Of a DNA stretch of 64,000 nucleotides, positions 1 through 9,456 are shown piece by piece. Source of the DNA: Gammaproteobacteria bacterium. Lineage in GTDB: Bacteria > Pseudomonadota > Gammaproteobacteria > Ga0077536. Location: positions 4,289,161 through 4,353,160 of the forward strand of contig OZ244981.1 in assembly GCA_965223085.1 (NCBI GenBank), in the 5' to 3' direction. The number at the start of each line of letters is the position of its first letter. The first letter of the stretch is position 1. The translations under genes were made by a program, and so were the position numbers. The notes beneath the pieces are model-generated. The model was not told the DNA's origin. It searched no databases and saw only the letters and a list, made by a program, of their open reading frames with translations.

Positions 1-9
1 GCCTAGGTA

Positions 10-1293
10 CTAGCTTTCCGGGCGGATCTTGGTGCGAAGTTCGCTGTAGAAATGACGCCCGGCAACCAACGTTTCGGGCTCAATGCGTTCTTCGAGCAAT
101 TCCAGGCGATGGCGGGCTTTGGGCAAACGTTGCTCGGCAGCAACTGACCACCACGCAAACGCGCGCACCAAATCCCGCTTTACGGCGCGACCGCTATAGT
201 AGCAAACGCCGAGGGAATATTGCGCGCGTGTGTGGCCCTTATAGGCCGCCTTTTCTAACCATTCCACGACTTCATCGCGCGGCAGCCCCGGGATGCGTCC
301 AAACAGGCCGCGGCGGCCCAGTTCGTACTGGGCGGCGGCATGCCCCATTTCCGCAGCGTGGCGTAACCAGGCCATAGCGCGTGGTCGATTTGCGTCGATA
401 CCCTCCCCCTTCTCATAAGCGAGCGCAATGCGGTAGGCGGCCTTTGGAAACCCGGCTTCGGCGGCTTTACGCAGCCAGTTGACGGCAGTCTCGGCACTAC
501 CGCCCTCGCCACGGCCTTGTTGATAAAAGCGGCCGAGTGCGTACTGCGCGGGGACAAATGCTTGGCGTGCCGCCGCCTCCAACCAGCGCTCGGCCCGGTT
601 TTCGTCGCGATAGCGTTTTGGCGCCGAAGCGTACAGCAAACCTAAGTTAAACTGCGCTTTCGCATAGCCGGTTTCCGCGGCTTTCATAATCCAATGCAAA
701 GCCGCCTCATAGTCGGTGGTAACACCCTCACCATTAGCATAGGCCAAGCCCAAATTGAGCTGCGCTTTGGGGTGATCCAGTTCCGCGGCATGCTCCCAAT
801 GCCTTACCGCGGCGAAGGGATCGCGAGTTACGCCGATACCGCGCGCATACATCTCGGCGAGATTGTAGTGTCCGACGGAATTTTCATTCGCGGCAGCGGC
901 GTAATACCAACTGAAAGCGCTTTCTAAGTCCTCCTCGGTACCTACTGCCGCCTGGTAGCACCAGCCTGCTGCAACCTGGGCGGGCGCGTAATTTTGCTCT
1001 GCTGCTGCGACGATGCGGCGAAAGCCGGCGTTTTCATCGCGATCGCAACCGACGCCGTCCAATAACATCAAGCCTAAACGATATTGCGCGCGCGCGTGTC
1101 CAGCGTCGGCAGCGCGTTCGTACCACGCAAACGCGCGCGACGCATCGACATCTAAATCGCTATGCCGCCGCAATCGTTCCGCCAAATCGAACTGCGCGTT
1201 TGCGTCACCCGACTCCGCCGCGCGGGTGAGCTTTTTGCCGGACATGCGGGTGGCCGAATTCAACGGCGTCACATTTTCACGATTAAGGTTCAC
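10..1293 (-). CDS. Sel1-repeat (TPR-like) protein
   Basis: 427-aa ORF with about 10 tandem ~36-aa Sel1 repeats. Repeated A-x-A-Q-[FY]-x-L-G-x-x-Y and GxGV motifs (AQYRLGLMLLDGVG, AQFNLGLLYASA, AQYELG...). Confidence 0.8.
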   Translation of the reverse strand: MNLNRENVTPLNSATRMSGKKLTRAAESGDANAQFDLAERLRRHSDLDVDASRAFAWYERAADAGHARAQYRLGLMLLDGVGCDRDENAGFRRIVAAAEQNYAPAQVAAGWCYQAAVGTEEDLESAFSWYYAAAANENSVGHYNLAEMYARGIGVTRDPFAAVRHWEHAAELDHPKAQLNLGLAYANGEGVTTDYEAALHWIMKAAETGYAKAQFNLGLLYASAPKRYRDENRAERWLEAAARQAFVPAQYALGRFYQQGRGEGGSAETAVNWLRKAAEAGFPKAAYRIALAYEKGEGIDANRPRAMAWLRHAAEMGHAAAQYELGRRGLFGRIPGLPRDEVVEWLEKAAYKGHTRAQYSLGVCYYSGRAVKRDLVRAFAWWSVAAEQRLPKARHRLELLEERIEPETLVAGRHFYSELRTKIRPES

Positions 1294-2159
1294 GCAGCAA
1301 TTCTATCAGACTGGAAGTATCCCAACGGTTGCAGCCACGCGCTTGCAGCTGCGCATAAAACTGGTCCACAAGACCGGTCACGGGGACGCGCGCACCACTG
1401 GCGCGCGCCGTGGACAGGCAGATACCGAGATCTTTGCGCATCAAATCCACCGCGAACCCAAAATCGAATTCGCGTCGCAACATCGTCTCACCACGGTTCT
1501 CGAGCTGCCACGACTGCGCCGCACCCCCAGAGATTGCGGTAATCACCCGCGCCATGTCGAGCCCATTCCGCACCCCAAAGTTAAGCCCTTCGGCTAATCC
1601 TTGCAATAGGCCGGCGATGGCAACCTGATTGACCATCTTCGCGAGCTGACCGCTACCTGAGCCCCCAAGGTGGGTAATGCAACGTCCGTAGCACCGCATT
1701 AGCGGCTCAGCGCGTTGAAATTCCGCGACGCCACCCCCCACACATGATCGTCAATATGCCCTGCTCAGCACCCGCTTGACCTCCTGAGACCGGTGCGTCG
1801 ATAAATTCGAGCTCACGCGCGCGTGCCGCTTCTGCCAGCTCCCGGGCTACGGCGGCGGAGGTTGTTGAATGATCGATGAATAGGCTGCCGGGCCGCATCG
1901 CCGCGAACGCCCCGCCAGGTGACAACGCGACCGCCCGCAGATCGTCATCGTCCCCGACGCAGCTGAAGACAAAATCAGCCGCGGCAGCCGCCTCCCCGGA
2001 AGAAACAACCGCGCGCCCCCGATGGCGCGCGCACCAGCGCTCAGTTTTTGCTGCACTGCGATTGAAAACCGTCAGGGCGTGGCCGGCGCGGGATAAATGC
2101 CCCGCAATGGGGGCGCCCATCACGCCCAGACCGATGAAAGCAACATTGGATTGCGGCAT
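1283..2159 (-). pseudogene. NAD-binding 3-hydroxyisobutyrate/2-hydroxy-3-oxopropionate dehydrogenase family (HIBADH/GarR-like), frameshifted
   Basis: The N-terminal half (ORF 1707..2231, Rossmann motif IAFIGLGVMGAPIAGHL, DAPVSGG) and the C-terminal half (ORF 1283..1741, GGSGSGQLAKMVNQ, KDLGI) are in different frames. The junction lies in a C6 run on the plus strand at 1734..1739. Removing one base restores IMCGGGVAEFQRAEPLM, which is colinear with family members. Confidence 0.75.
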
Positions 2160-2276
2160 AGGGGAGCTACCAACTATGCTCGGTGAATGTCGTTGTGGTG
2201 ACATCACAGGGTAACCGAAAGCGCCCCACAATTCTGGGAATAGTGCCGCACCCAGGCGCGCTACTCGCGGGCACGC

Positions 2277-2822
2277 TCAGCGACGAATGCCGAGCGCCCG
2301 TCCTATCATCTCTGGTCGTGCGAGGGCACCGTGCCGAGCCAGGATCACATCAAGCCGTTGTTGTGCAGCGGCGGGTAAATCGCTACTCCGACGCGTGGTG
2401 AAATCAACATGAATAAACAGCACCTCCGACTCGGCGGCGAGATAATCGTCATCGACATTGTAGAGTGCGCAGTACGTATGCACTAAGCGTGGCGAGAAAT
2501 CCAACAATATTGTTTCGACTGCTATGCGTTGGCCCTGGAAAAGTTCGCGTTTGAAATCGAGATTGGATCCCGTCATGAATAAAGTACCCGAGCCGGATTT
2601 CGTATAATCCCAGCCGATACCGACGTCGGCGAAAAATACTTCGCCACCGTCGTCGAAGGCGGTCATGTAATAGGCCACGTTCATATGGCCATTGGCGTCC
2701 AACCACGCCGGTTTGACCACCATTTCAGTGCGATAAGGTGCTGGCACTATGGCGCCCATCGTTGATCCTGCTGGCGTTGAAGTGGCAACGGTCTGCAGCT
2801 CATGCATTGCTGCGCGAGTCAT
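2277..2822 (-). CDS. hotdog-fold acyl-CoA thioesterase-like protein
   Basis: 181 aa with a DANGHMNVAYY motif typical of the 4HBT/YbgC thioesterase superfamily. The start codon is uncertain. Confidence 0.55.
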   Translation of the reverse strand: MTRAAMHELQTVATSTPAGSTMGAIVPAPYRTEMVVKPAWLDANGHMNVAYYMTAFDDGGEVFFADVGIGWDYTKSGSGTLFMTGSNLDFKRELFQGQRIAVETILLDFSPRLVHTYCALYNVDDDYLAAESEVLFIHVDFTTRRSSDLPAAAQQRLDVILARHGALARPEMIGRALGIRR

Positions 2823-2905
2823 TCTCGCGGCAGGTTGGTACGGCCATAGCGAACCTTGGGATCGGTATTAGCAAGACGATGGATCGTGTCCTTGGGTAGG
2901 TGGGC

Positions 2906-4288
2906 TCACATCGCGAAGACCTTGCCGGGATTGAGGATCCCACGCGGATCTAAGGCCTTTTTGAGCCGTCGCATTACATCGATTTCTACCGTCGAACGAC
3001 TGAGGGTGAGGTAATCACGCTTTTCGGTCCCGATACCATGCTCGGCCGAAACAGAACCACCGATCGGTGCCAGGGGTTCGAATACGCAACGATTGACAAG
3101 CGCGTGAGCATCTGGCCCACCCTCACCAACGGCGATGGCGAAGTGAATATTACCATCACCGACGTGTCCCAACGTAAAGCAATGGTGCTCCGGCCATTGC
3201 TGAGAAAGCCCAGCTTTAACTTTTGCGACGTACTCGTCCATATAACGAATGCCCAAACTGACATCGTATAGAAAGGCGGGGCCATAGCGGAAAAATTCGT
3301 CCACCGAATCACGAATACGCCACATTGCCCGGCGGTCCTTCTCAGAATGTGCGATCGCGGCATCGGCCAACAAACCCTTCTCAAGCGCACACCCCATGAT
3401 GTCTTCAAACGCGTCCTGCTCACCCTCATACCCGGCGGCTAGCGCTTCGAGCAAAAGATAATTCGGATACGCCAGCGGTACAGGTCGCTCGTTGTCTGCG
3501 GGCGGCGTCGTTACCAGCTCATAGTAGTCGCGCCACATCACTTCGAATGCGCACAAGGCGCCACCGAGCTCGCGATCGATGTAACGCAGAAAACGAGTTA
3601 ACTGCGCAAAACTCGCAAACGCCCCGAACGCGGTATGCTGACCGTGCGGGGCCTCGCGTAGACGGATCACCACCCGTGTCACAATACCGAGCGTGCCTTC
3701 GGTGCCGATAAATAGTTGCTTGAGATCATAACCCGCGTTGTTCTTCAACATCTTGTTGAGCGACGTGACGATCGTGCCATCAGCCAGCACGGCCTCGAGG
3801 CCCAATACATTCTCACGCGTCATGCCGAAACGGATTACTCGGTTGCCGCCGGCATTAGTTGCGACGTTACCGCCAATTTGACAAGAACCACGGGCGCCTA
3901 AGTCGACCGGAAACATCAGGCCGTGTTCTTCCGCAGCCTCTTGCAACGTCTGCAACGGCGCCCCAGCTTGCACGGTCATCGTCCGCCCAATGGGATCGAT
4001 ATCTTCGATGGCATGCATTCGTTCCAATGACAACACGACATCATCAGGTCCGCTAACGCTACCCTGCACCAGCCCCGTCAAACCGCCATGCGGAATGACC
4101 GTTTGCTGGTGTTCGTTGCAAAGTTTCAACACCGTCGCGACTTGCTCGGTAGTTGTCGGACACAAAATGCATTTCGCGATGATCGGCTCTTGATTCCAGA
4201 CGTGAACCTGGCGCGCCCTGACCTCTTCGCCGGTCAACATACCTCGCGCATCGAGAATATCTCGGAACGCGGCTAATAGATCAGTCAT
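2906..4288 (-). CDS. FAD-binding oxidoreductase (GlcD / D-2-hydroxyacid dehydrogenase-like FAD-linked oxidase)
   Basis: 460 aa with a PCMH-type FAD-binding N-terminus (HGGLTGLVQGS, GGNVATNAGG) and a FAD-oxidase C-terminal domain (SAEHGIG). Confidence 0.8.
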   Translation of the reverse strand: MTDLLAAFRDILDARGMLTGEEVRARQVHVWNQEPIIAKCILCPTTTEQVATVLKLCNEHQQTVIPHGGLTGLVQGSVSGPDDVVLSLERMHAIEDIDPIGRTMTVQAGAPLQTLQEAAEEHGLMFPVDLGARGSCQIGGNVATNAGGNRVIRFGMTRENVLGLEAVLADGTIVTSLNKMLKNNAGYDLKQLFIGTEGTLGIVTRVVIRLREAPHGQHTAFGAFASFAQLTRFLRYIDRELGGALCAFEVMWRDYYELVTTPPADNERPVPLAYPNYLLLEALAAGYEGEQDAFEDIMGCALEKGLLADAAIAHSEKDRRAMWRIRDSVDEFFRYGPAFLYDVSLGIRYMDEYVAKVKAGLSQQWPEHHCFTLGHVGDGNIHFAIAVGEGGPDAHALVNRCVFEPLAPIGGSVSAEHGIGTEKRDYLTLSRSTVEIDVMRRLKKALDPRGILNPGKVFAM

Positions 4289-4312
4289 TACATCTTCTCC
4301 AGGCGCTCACAT

Positions 4313-5599
4313 TCACGCTTGTGACTTCGCCAACGCTTGATCGAGATCCCACAAAATGTCGTCTAGTGTTTCCAATCCTACCGAGATTCGGATCAGATCG
4401 GGCGCAACCCCTGCGGCGAGTTGCTGTTCTGGGGACATTTGACGGTGCGTCGTAGACGCCGGGTGGATAACGAGCGTTTTTGCATCACCGACGTTCGCCA
4501 AGTGGCTCAAGAATTGCACGGCTTCTATGAATTTCACACCCGCCGCTTGGCCACCTGTGATCCCAAAAGACAAAATCGAACTCGCGCCTTTAGGAACGTA
4601 GCGCTGTGCCCGCGCGTAATATTTATCGCCCGGCAGAGACGGATAGCGCACCCACGCTACTAGCGGATGCTCATCGAGAAATTTCGCCACTGCCAAGGCA
4701 TTCTCGCAATGACGCTCCATGCGCAGCGGCAAAGTTTCTAGACCTTGAAGAAACAAAAAAGCATTAAACGGACTCAGCGAGGGTCCCAACGTGCGCAAAG
4801 TCTCGACCCGCGCTTTCATCGTAAAACCAAAATCGCCAAAAGTTTCGTAGAACTTAACCCCATGGTAGCCCGGCGAGGCTTCGACCATGCCGGGGAATTT
4901 GCCGTTGTCCCAGGGAAAGTGACCCGACTCGACGACCATACCACCGATCGATGTGCCATGCCCACCGATAAACTTTGTCGCCGAATGCACCACGATATCG
5001 GCGCCGAAGTCGAGCGGGCGACATAAGTAAGGGGTAGGAAATGTGTTGTCGATCACGAGCGGCACACCGGCATCGTGGGCTACCGCTGCTAGCGCCGTAA
5101 TATCGAGCACGTTAATCAGGGGATTGCCTAGCGTCTCGGCATAAATCGCTTTGCTGCGGGGGGTCACGGCGGCCGCAAAACCATCCATATCGTCGGGATC
5201 CACGAACGTCGTATCGATCCCTAAGCGTTTGAACGTCACATCAAATTGGGAATAAGTGCCGCCGTAGAGCGTATTCGCGGCGACCAGGTGATCGCCCGCC
5301 TCGAGCAGGGTCAGCAAAGCCACCATTTGCGCCGCCAAGCCAGAGCCAGCCGCAACGCCGGCGCGTCCATTCTCAAGCGCCGCCATGCGTTCTTCAAATA
5401 CCGCGGTGGTAGGGTTTGACAGGCGCGTGTAGATGTTGCCAAAAGTTTGCAGATTGAACAGACTCGCCGCGTGATCCGCACTGTCGAACACATAGGAGGC
5501 GGTTTGATAAATCGGTGCAACGCGGGCACCCGTCGCTGCGTCCGGGATCTGCCCAGCGTGCAGGCATAAAGTTTCAAAACCGTATTCGTGGTCTGCCAT
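4313..5599 (-). CDS. metY: O-acetylhomoserine aminocarboxypropyltransferase / sulfhydrylase (PLP-dependent Cys/Met metabolism family)
   Basis: 428 aa with a PLP-lysine motif HSATKFIGGHGTSIGG. The N-terminus MADHEYGFETLCLHAGQ is typical of MetY and the length matches. Confidence 0.85.
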   Translation of the reverse strand: MADHEYGFETLCLHAGQIPDAATGARVAPIYQTASYVFDSADHAASLFNLQTFGNIYTRLSNPTTAVFEERMAALENGRAGVAAGSGLAAQMVALLTLLEAGDHLVAANTLYGGTYSQFDVTFKRLGIDTTFVDPDDMDGFAAAVTPRSKAIYAETLGNPLINVLDITALAAVAHDAGVPLVIDNTFPTPYLCRPLDFGADIVVHSATKFIGGHGTSIGGMVVESGHFPWDNGKFPGMVEASPGYHGVKFYETFGDFGFTMKARVETLRTLGPSLSPFNAFLFLQGLETLPLRMERHCENALAVAKFLDEHPLVAWVRYPSLPGDKYYARAQRYVPKGASSILSFGITGGQAAGVKFIEAVQFLSHLANVGDAKTLVIHPASTTHRQMSPEQQLAAGVAPDLIRISVGLETLDDILWDLDQALAKSQA

Positions 5600-5681
5600 A
5601 CTAAACTCGATACCTCAAATAGCTAAACGTTGACAGGTTGCTAGCCCTCCTAGAACTGCGGCGATGCGACTGCGTAATAAC

Positions 5682-6176
5682 TCAATTGGCGACGTGCCGT
5701 GGACGCTTGGCAGAGATCACCCGAGTATTGACACCGACGAAATTCAATCCACCGAATAAGCGTGCGTGCTCGATCTTCACACAGCGATCCATCACGACGT
5801 CGAGTCCGGCGTCCCGTGCTCGACGCGCGGCCTCGAGGTTGATCACACCGAGCTGTAACCAGAGTACTTTTGCGCCTACGGCAATCGCATCATTCACTAG
5901 CGGTGGAATATCAGCAGGGGCGCGAAAACAATCCACCATGTCGATCGCTGCGGGAACCTCGCGCAAACTCGGATAACAGCGCTCGCCCAATACTTCCTCG
6001 TAAGCGGGGTTGACGGGAATTACTCGGTAACCATGTTCCTGCATGTATTTCGCCGCAAAGTGACTGGGTCGATGCCAATTGCGTGACAAACCGACGACAG
6101 CGATGTTACGGGACACAGATAAAATGTGTCGCAACAACGGAATGTCGGCTTCAAATTCTTGTGCGGGAACGGACAT
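5682..6176 (-). CDS. CoA-binding domain protein (YccU-like)
   Basis: 164 aa with NIAVVGLSRNWHRPSHFAAKYMQEHGYRVIPVNP, a succinyl-CoA-synthetase-like CoA-binding fold. Confidence 0.7.
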   Translation of the reverse strand: MSVPAQEFEADIPLLRHILSVSRNIAVVGLSRNWHRPSHFAAKYMQEHGYRVIPVNPAYEEVLGERCYPSLREVPAAIDMVDCFRAPADIPPLVNDAIAVGAKVLWLQLGVINLEAARRARDAGLDVVMDRCVKIEHARLFGGLNFVGVNTRVISAKRPRHVAN

Positions 6177-7356
6177 AGTCGCTGCAAATATCCTCTATCC
6201 TAGGCGTGCCGAGCAAAGCCATATCGCGGACGATTTCGCGGTGCAGCTGCGCCAGTGCGGCGGCAACACCGCGTTCTCCACCCGCACCCAGCGGATACAA
6301 ATAGGCTCGCCCTATCATGCAGGCCCGTGCCCCACGGGCAAGCGCCTTTATGACATCGGTGCCGCGCCGCACACCACCATCGAGGATCACCTCGGCACGG
6401 CCGTCGACCGCAGCGACGATTTCGGGCAGCACGGCGAGCGGTGACGGTACGTGGTCGAGCTGCCGTCCCCCGTGGGTAGAGACAATCACCGCGTGTGCAC
6501 CGATCTCCACGGCGCGTTTTGCGTCAGCCGCGGTGAGGATCCCCTTCACCGCAAACGGTCCACCCCATTCTTGCACCATCGCTGCGGCATCGTCCCATGT
6601 CACGCTGCAATCGAACTGTTTGCCAATATACTCGGCGAGGGTGACAACGTCTTTGTTGCGATCTGGTTCCACACGGTGCACGACGTTGGCTAGCACGAAA
6701 GGATCGGAGCTGAAGTTGCATAAGGACCAAAGCGGATGCAAAGCAAAATCAAGCCAGCTCTTGGTGGTAAATTTTGGTGGGATAGTCATGCCGGTGCGCA
6801 AGTCGCGCTCGCGGTTGCCGGGCAGCGGTAAATCGATAGTCAATACTAGCGCATGGTATTGCGCGGCCCGACAGCGTTCGATGAATTCGGTGACCAACCC
6901 CCGATCTTTGAACACATAAATCTGGAACCACTTCGGGCCGGCGCAAACCGCCGCGACGTCCTCGATAGAATAAGTACTCACAGTCGACAGCGAGTAGATC
7001 GTATTCGCCGCACTCGCCGCACGCGCGACGGCCAACTCGCCCGCATAGTGAAACAGCCGCGACATGCCGGTCGGCGCGAGCACCACGGGAAAATCGATGG
7101 CTTGGCCCATCACCGTAGTTCCCGCATCGACCGCGCTGACATCCACTAAGTATCGCGGGTATAATTCCAACTCGTCAAAATCACGCTCACTACGACGTAA
7201 AGTGACTTCGTCATCGGCCGCGCCGTCCAAATAATGAAACATCGGTGCGGGCAATCGTCGCTGCGCCGCACGACGAAAATCTGCACTATTGTGACAGCGA
7301 CGGGTGATGTAGTCTGAGACGAACTGATCCGCGCTTTGGATCCAGGACCAAGCCAT
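6151..7356 (-). CDS. FMN-dependent alpha-hydroxy-acid dehydrogenase (L-lactate dehydrogenase/glycolate oxidase family)
   Basis: 401 aa, a TIM-barrel FMN enzyme. Motifs FHYLDGAADDE, VKGILTAADAKRAVEIGAHAVIVSTHGGRQLD and ILDGGVRRGTDVIKALARGA. Confidence 0.85.
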   Translation of the reverse strand: MAWSWIQSADQFVSDYITRRCHNSADFRRAAQRRLPAPMFHYLDGAADDEVTLRRSERDFDELELYPRYLVDVSAVDAGTTVMGQAIDFPVVLAPTGMSRLFHYAGELAVARAASAANTIYSLSTVSTYSIEDVAAVCAGPKWFQIYVFKDRGLVTEFIERCRAAQYHALVLTIDLPLPGNRERDLRTGMTIPPKFTTKSWLDFALHPLWSLCNFSSDPFVLANVVHRVEPDRNKDVVTLAEYIGKQFDCSVTWDDAAAMVQEWGGPFAVKGILTAADAKRAVEIGAHAVIVSTHGGRQLDHVPSPLAVLPEIVAAVDGRAEVILDGGVRRGTDVIKALARGARACMIGRAYLYPLGAGGERGVAAALAQLHREIVRDMALLGTPRIEDICSDYVRSRTRI

Positions 7357-7437
7357 GTAAACGATAGTCGATGATTTTTTTTACGATAACAGATAAGCCG
7401 CCACGAAAGCGACTAGCGCAGAACTTGAGGCCGGCGG

Positions 7438-9228
7438 CTACATGGCGTCCGCTTCGAGCCCCATCACGACCTCACAGCCATCGATAATCGTCGTTTTCAA
7501 TGCCAACGTCTGCGGCATGACTTGACTGGCAAAAAACGCCGCGACGGCGAGTTTGTTCGGGTAGAAAGGATCGTCGTCGCCCGCGCTGATATGCTCGACG
7601 CACACGCGTGCGGCACGCGCAAACTGCCAGCCCCCCGCGGTGATCCCCCAGAGCTTGAGGTAATTGACCGCGGCCGCGGCACTATTGCGTGGATCTTGCT
7701 CATCGGCGGATAAAACCCACGCCAGGGCTTCTTCCACTTGGTCACAACTCTGTGCAAGCGCGCTGCGAAGGCGTGCTACGCGCCGATCGTCGACATCCTC
7801 TAACGCCGCACAATCTGCCCGCATAGCGTGCAATAACTCGCGCGCGGCGGTACCGCCATCGCGTTGGGTTTTACGCCCCACGAAATCATTAGCTTGAATC
7901 CCGGTAGTGCCTTCATAAATCGTCGTAATACGCGCATCACGAAAATACTGTGCGGCGCCGGTCTCTTCGATAAACCCCATGCCACCGTGAACTTGAACCC
8001 CCATCGATGTCATCGTTTGGCCCGTTTCTGTGCACCAAGCTTTAACGATCGGGGTGAGTAGATCCGCGCGACGCGCGTAGTAGGCGCGGAGGTCCGCATC
8101 CACTTCGTGCGCACTACGATCGAAAGCGGCTGCACAGACATACGCCACCGCCCGCATGGCCTCTGTTTGGGCGCGCATCATCATGAGCATGCGACGCACG
8201 TCAGGATGTTCGATGATAGCTACCGGGACGTCCGTGGTCACACCCGGCGGGCGTCCTTGGACCCGTTCGCGCGCGAAATTTAGCGCTTTCTGGTACGCCG
8301 CTTCGGCGAGCGCGAGACCCTCGAGCCCGACCGCGTGACGGGCAGCATTCATCATCGTAAACATATAAGCGAGGCCACGGTGTTGCTCACCGACGAGATA
8401 CCCGATTGCGCCGCCATGCTCGCCGTAGGTCATAACCGCCGTCGGGCTCCCGTGTATGCCCAGTTTATGTTCTATCGACGTACAACGCAGATCGTTGCGC
8501 TCACCCAGCGAGCCGTCGTCGTTTACCAAGAACTTGGGCACGATGAACAAAGAGATGCCGCGCGTGCCGGCAGGCGCATCGGGAGTACGTGCCAGGACGA
8601 GATGAATAATGTTGTCGGTGAGATCATGCTCCCCATAAGTGATAAAAATCTTTTGGCCACTGATGCGGTAGTGATCGCCCTCGGGCAACGCTTTTGTCCG
8701 CACCGTGCCGAGATCGGATCCCGCCTGCGGTTCGGTCAAATTCATCGTCCCGGTCCACTCACCGGACACCATGCGTTTGAGGTAATGCGCTTTTTGCGCG
8801 GCACTGCCGTGATGTTCAACGGCGTGTCCTGCACCGCGCGTCAACATCGGACCGATCGCAAAGGAAAGATTCGCGGCATTCCACATTTCTTCGACCGCCG
8901 CCGCGACGAGCTGCGGCAAACCCTGGCCGCCATGTTCAGGCGCGCATGCTAAACCGACCCAACCACCCTCAACGAATAGGCGATAGGCTTCTTGCCAACC
9001 AGGCGGGGTATGCACAACATCGTTCTCTAGACGACATGCATTTTGATCACCGACTACGTTTAGGGGCGCTAACACTTCCGCAGCAAACCGAGCTGCCTCG
9101 TTCAAGACGGCGTCGAGGAGATCCGCCTGGCAATCTTCGAAACCCGGCAAAATGTTGATGTCATCGAGGCTGCCCAGAACCTCGATGCCGAATTTCATAT
9201 CTCGTAACGGGGCGACATATTCGCTCAT
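7438..9228 (-). CDS. acyl-CoA dehydrogenase, long (~600 aa) AidB/FadE-like subfamily
   Basis: 596 aa with ACAD N, middle and C-terminal domains (FITYGEHD, HGGMGFIEETGAAQYFRDARI) and a C-terminal extension. Confidence 0.8.
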   Translation of the reverse strand: MSEYVAPLRDMKFGIEVLGSLDDINILPGFEDCQADLLDAVLNEAARFAAEVLAPLNVVGDQNACRLENDVVHTPPGWQEAYRLFVEGGWVGLACAPEHGGQGLPQLVAAAVEEMWNAANLSFAIGPMLTRGAGHAVEHHGSAAQKAHYLKRMVSGEWTGTMNLTEPQAGSDLGTVRTKALPEGDHYRISGQKIFITYGEHDLTDNIIHLVLARTPDAPAGTRGISLFIVPKFLVNDDGSLGERNDLRCTSIEHKLGIHGSPTAVMTYGEHGGAIGYLVGEQHRGLAYMFTMMNAARHAVGLEGLALAEAAYQKALNFARERVQGRPPGVTTDVPVAIIEHPDVRRMLMMMRAQTEAMRAVAYVCAAAFDRSAHEVDADLRAYYARRADLLTPIVKAWCTETGQTMTSMGVQVHGGMGFIEETGAAQYFRDARITTIYEGTTGIQANDFVGRKTQRDGGTAARELLHAMRADCAALEDVDDRRVARLRSALAQSCDQVEEALAWVLSADEQDPRNSAAAAVNYLKLWGITAGGWQFARAARVCVEHISAGDDDPFYPNKLAVAAFFASQVMPQTLALKTTIIDGCEVVMGLEADAM

Positions 9229-9456
9229 CGTGCACTACTCCAAATATCGCTTCTGACACCGTGCCGCAACGAGTACACCCGCATCGCCGCCACCTCGGGG
9301 TCGTCGACTAGAATATCAAACAGCGGCTAGTCTAGCGGCAGGGGGATAAACGGTCGCCAGCCTTGGCGTTCAGTCCAACTGCGCTGCGCTGCCTCGGACT
9401 TGCTGGCTGAAATAGTGTGTCGCGGACGGTTATTGGATCTAACAGATCAACTGACC

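Noticed and set aside
255-1597. Multiple 60-200-aa ORFs on both strands inside the Sel1-repeat gene (255..557, 694..927, 1013..1597, 1162..1542)
   Set aside because: They are embedded in or antisense to a well-supported repeat-protein gene. They are Arg/Ala/Pro-rich, as expected from GC-rich out-of-frame translation.
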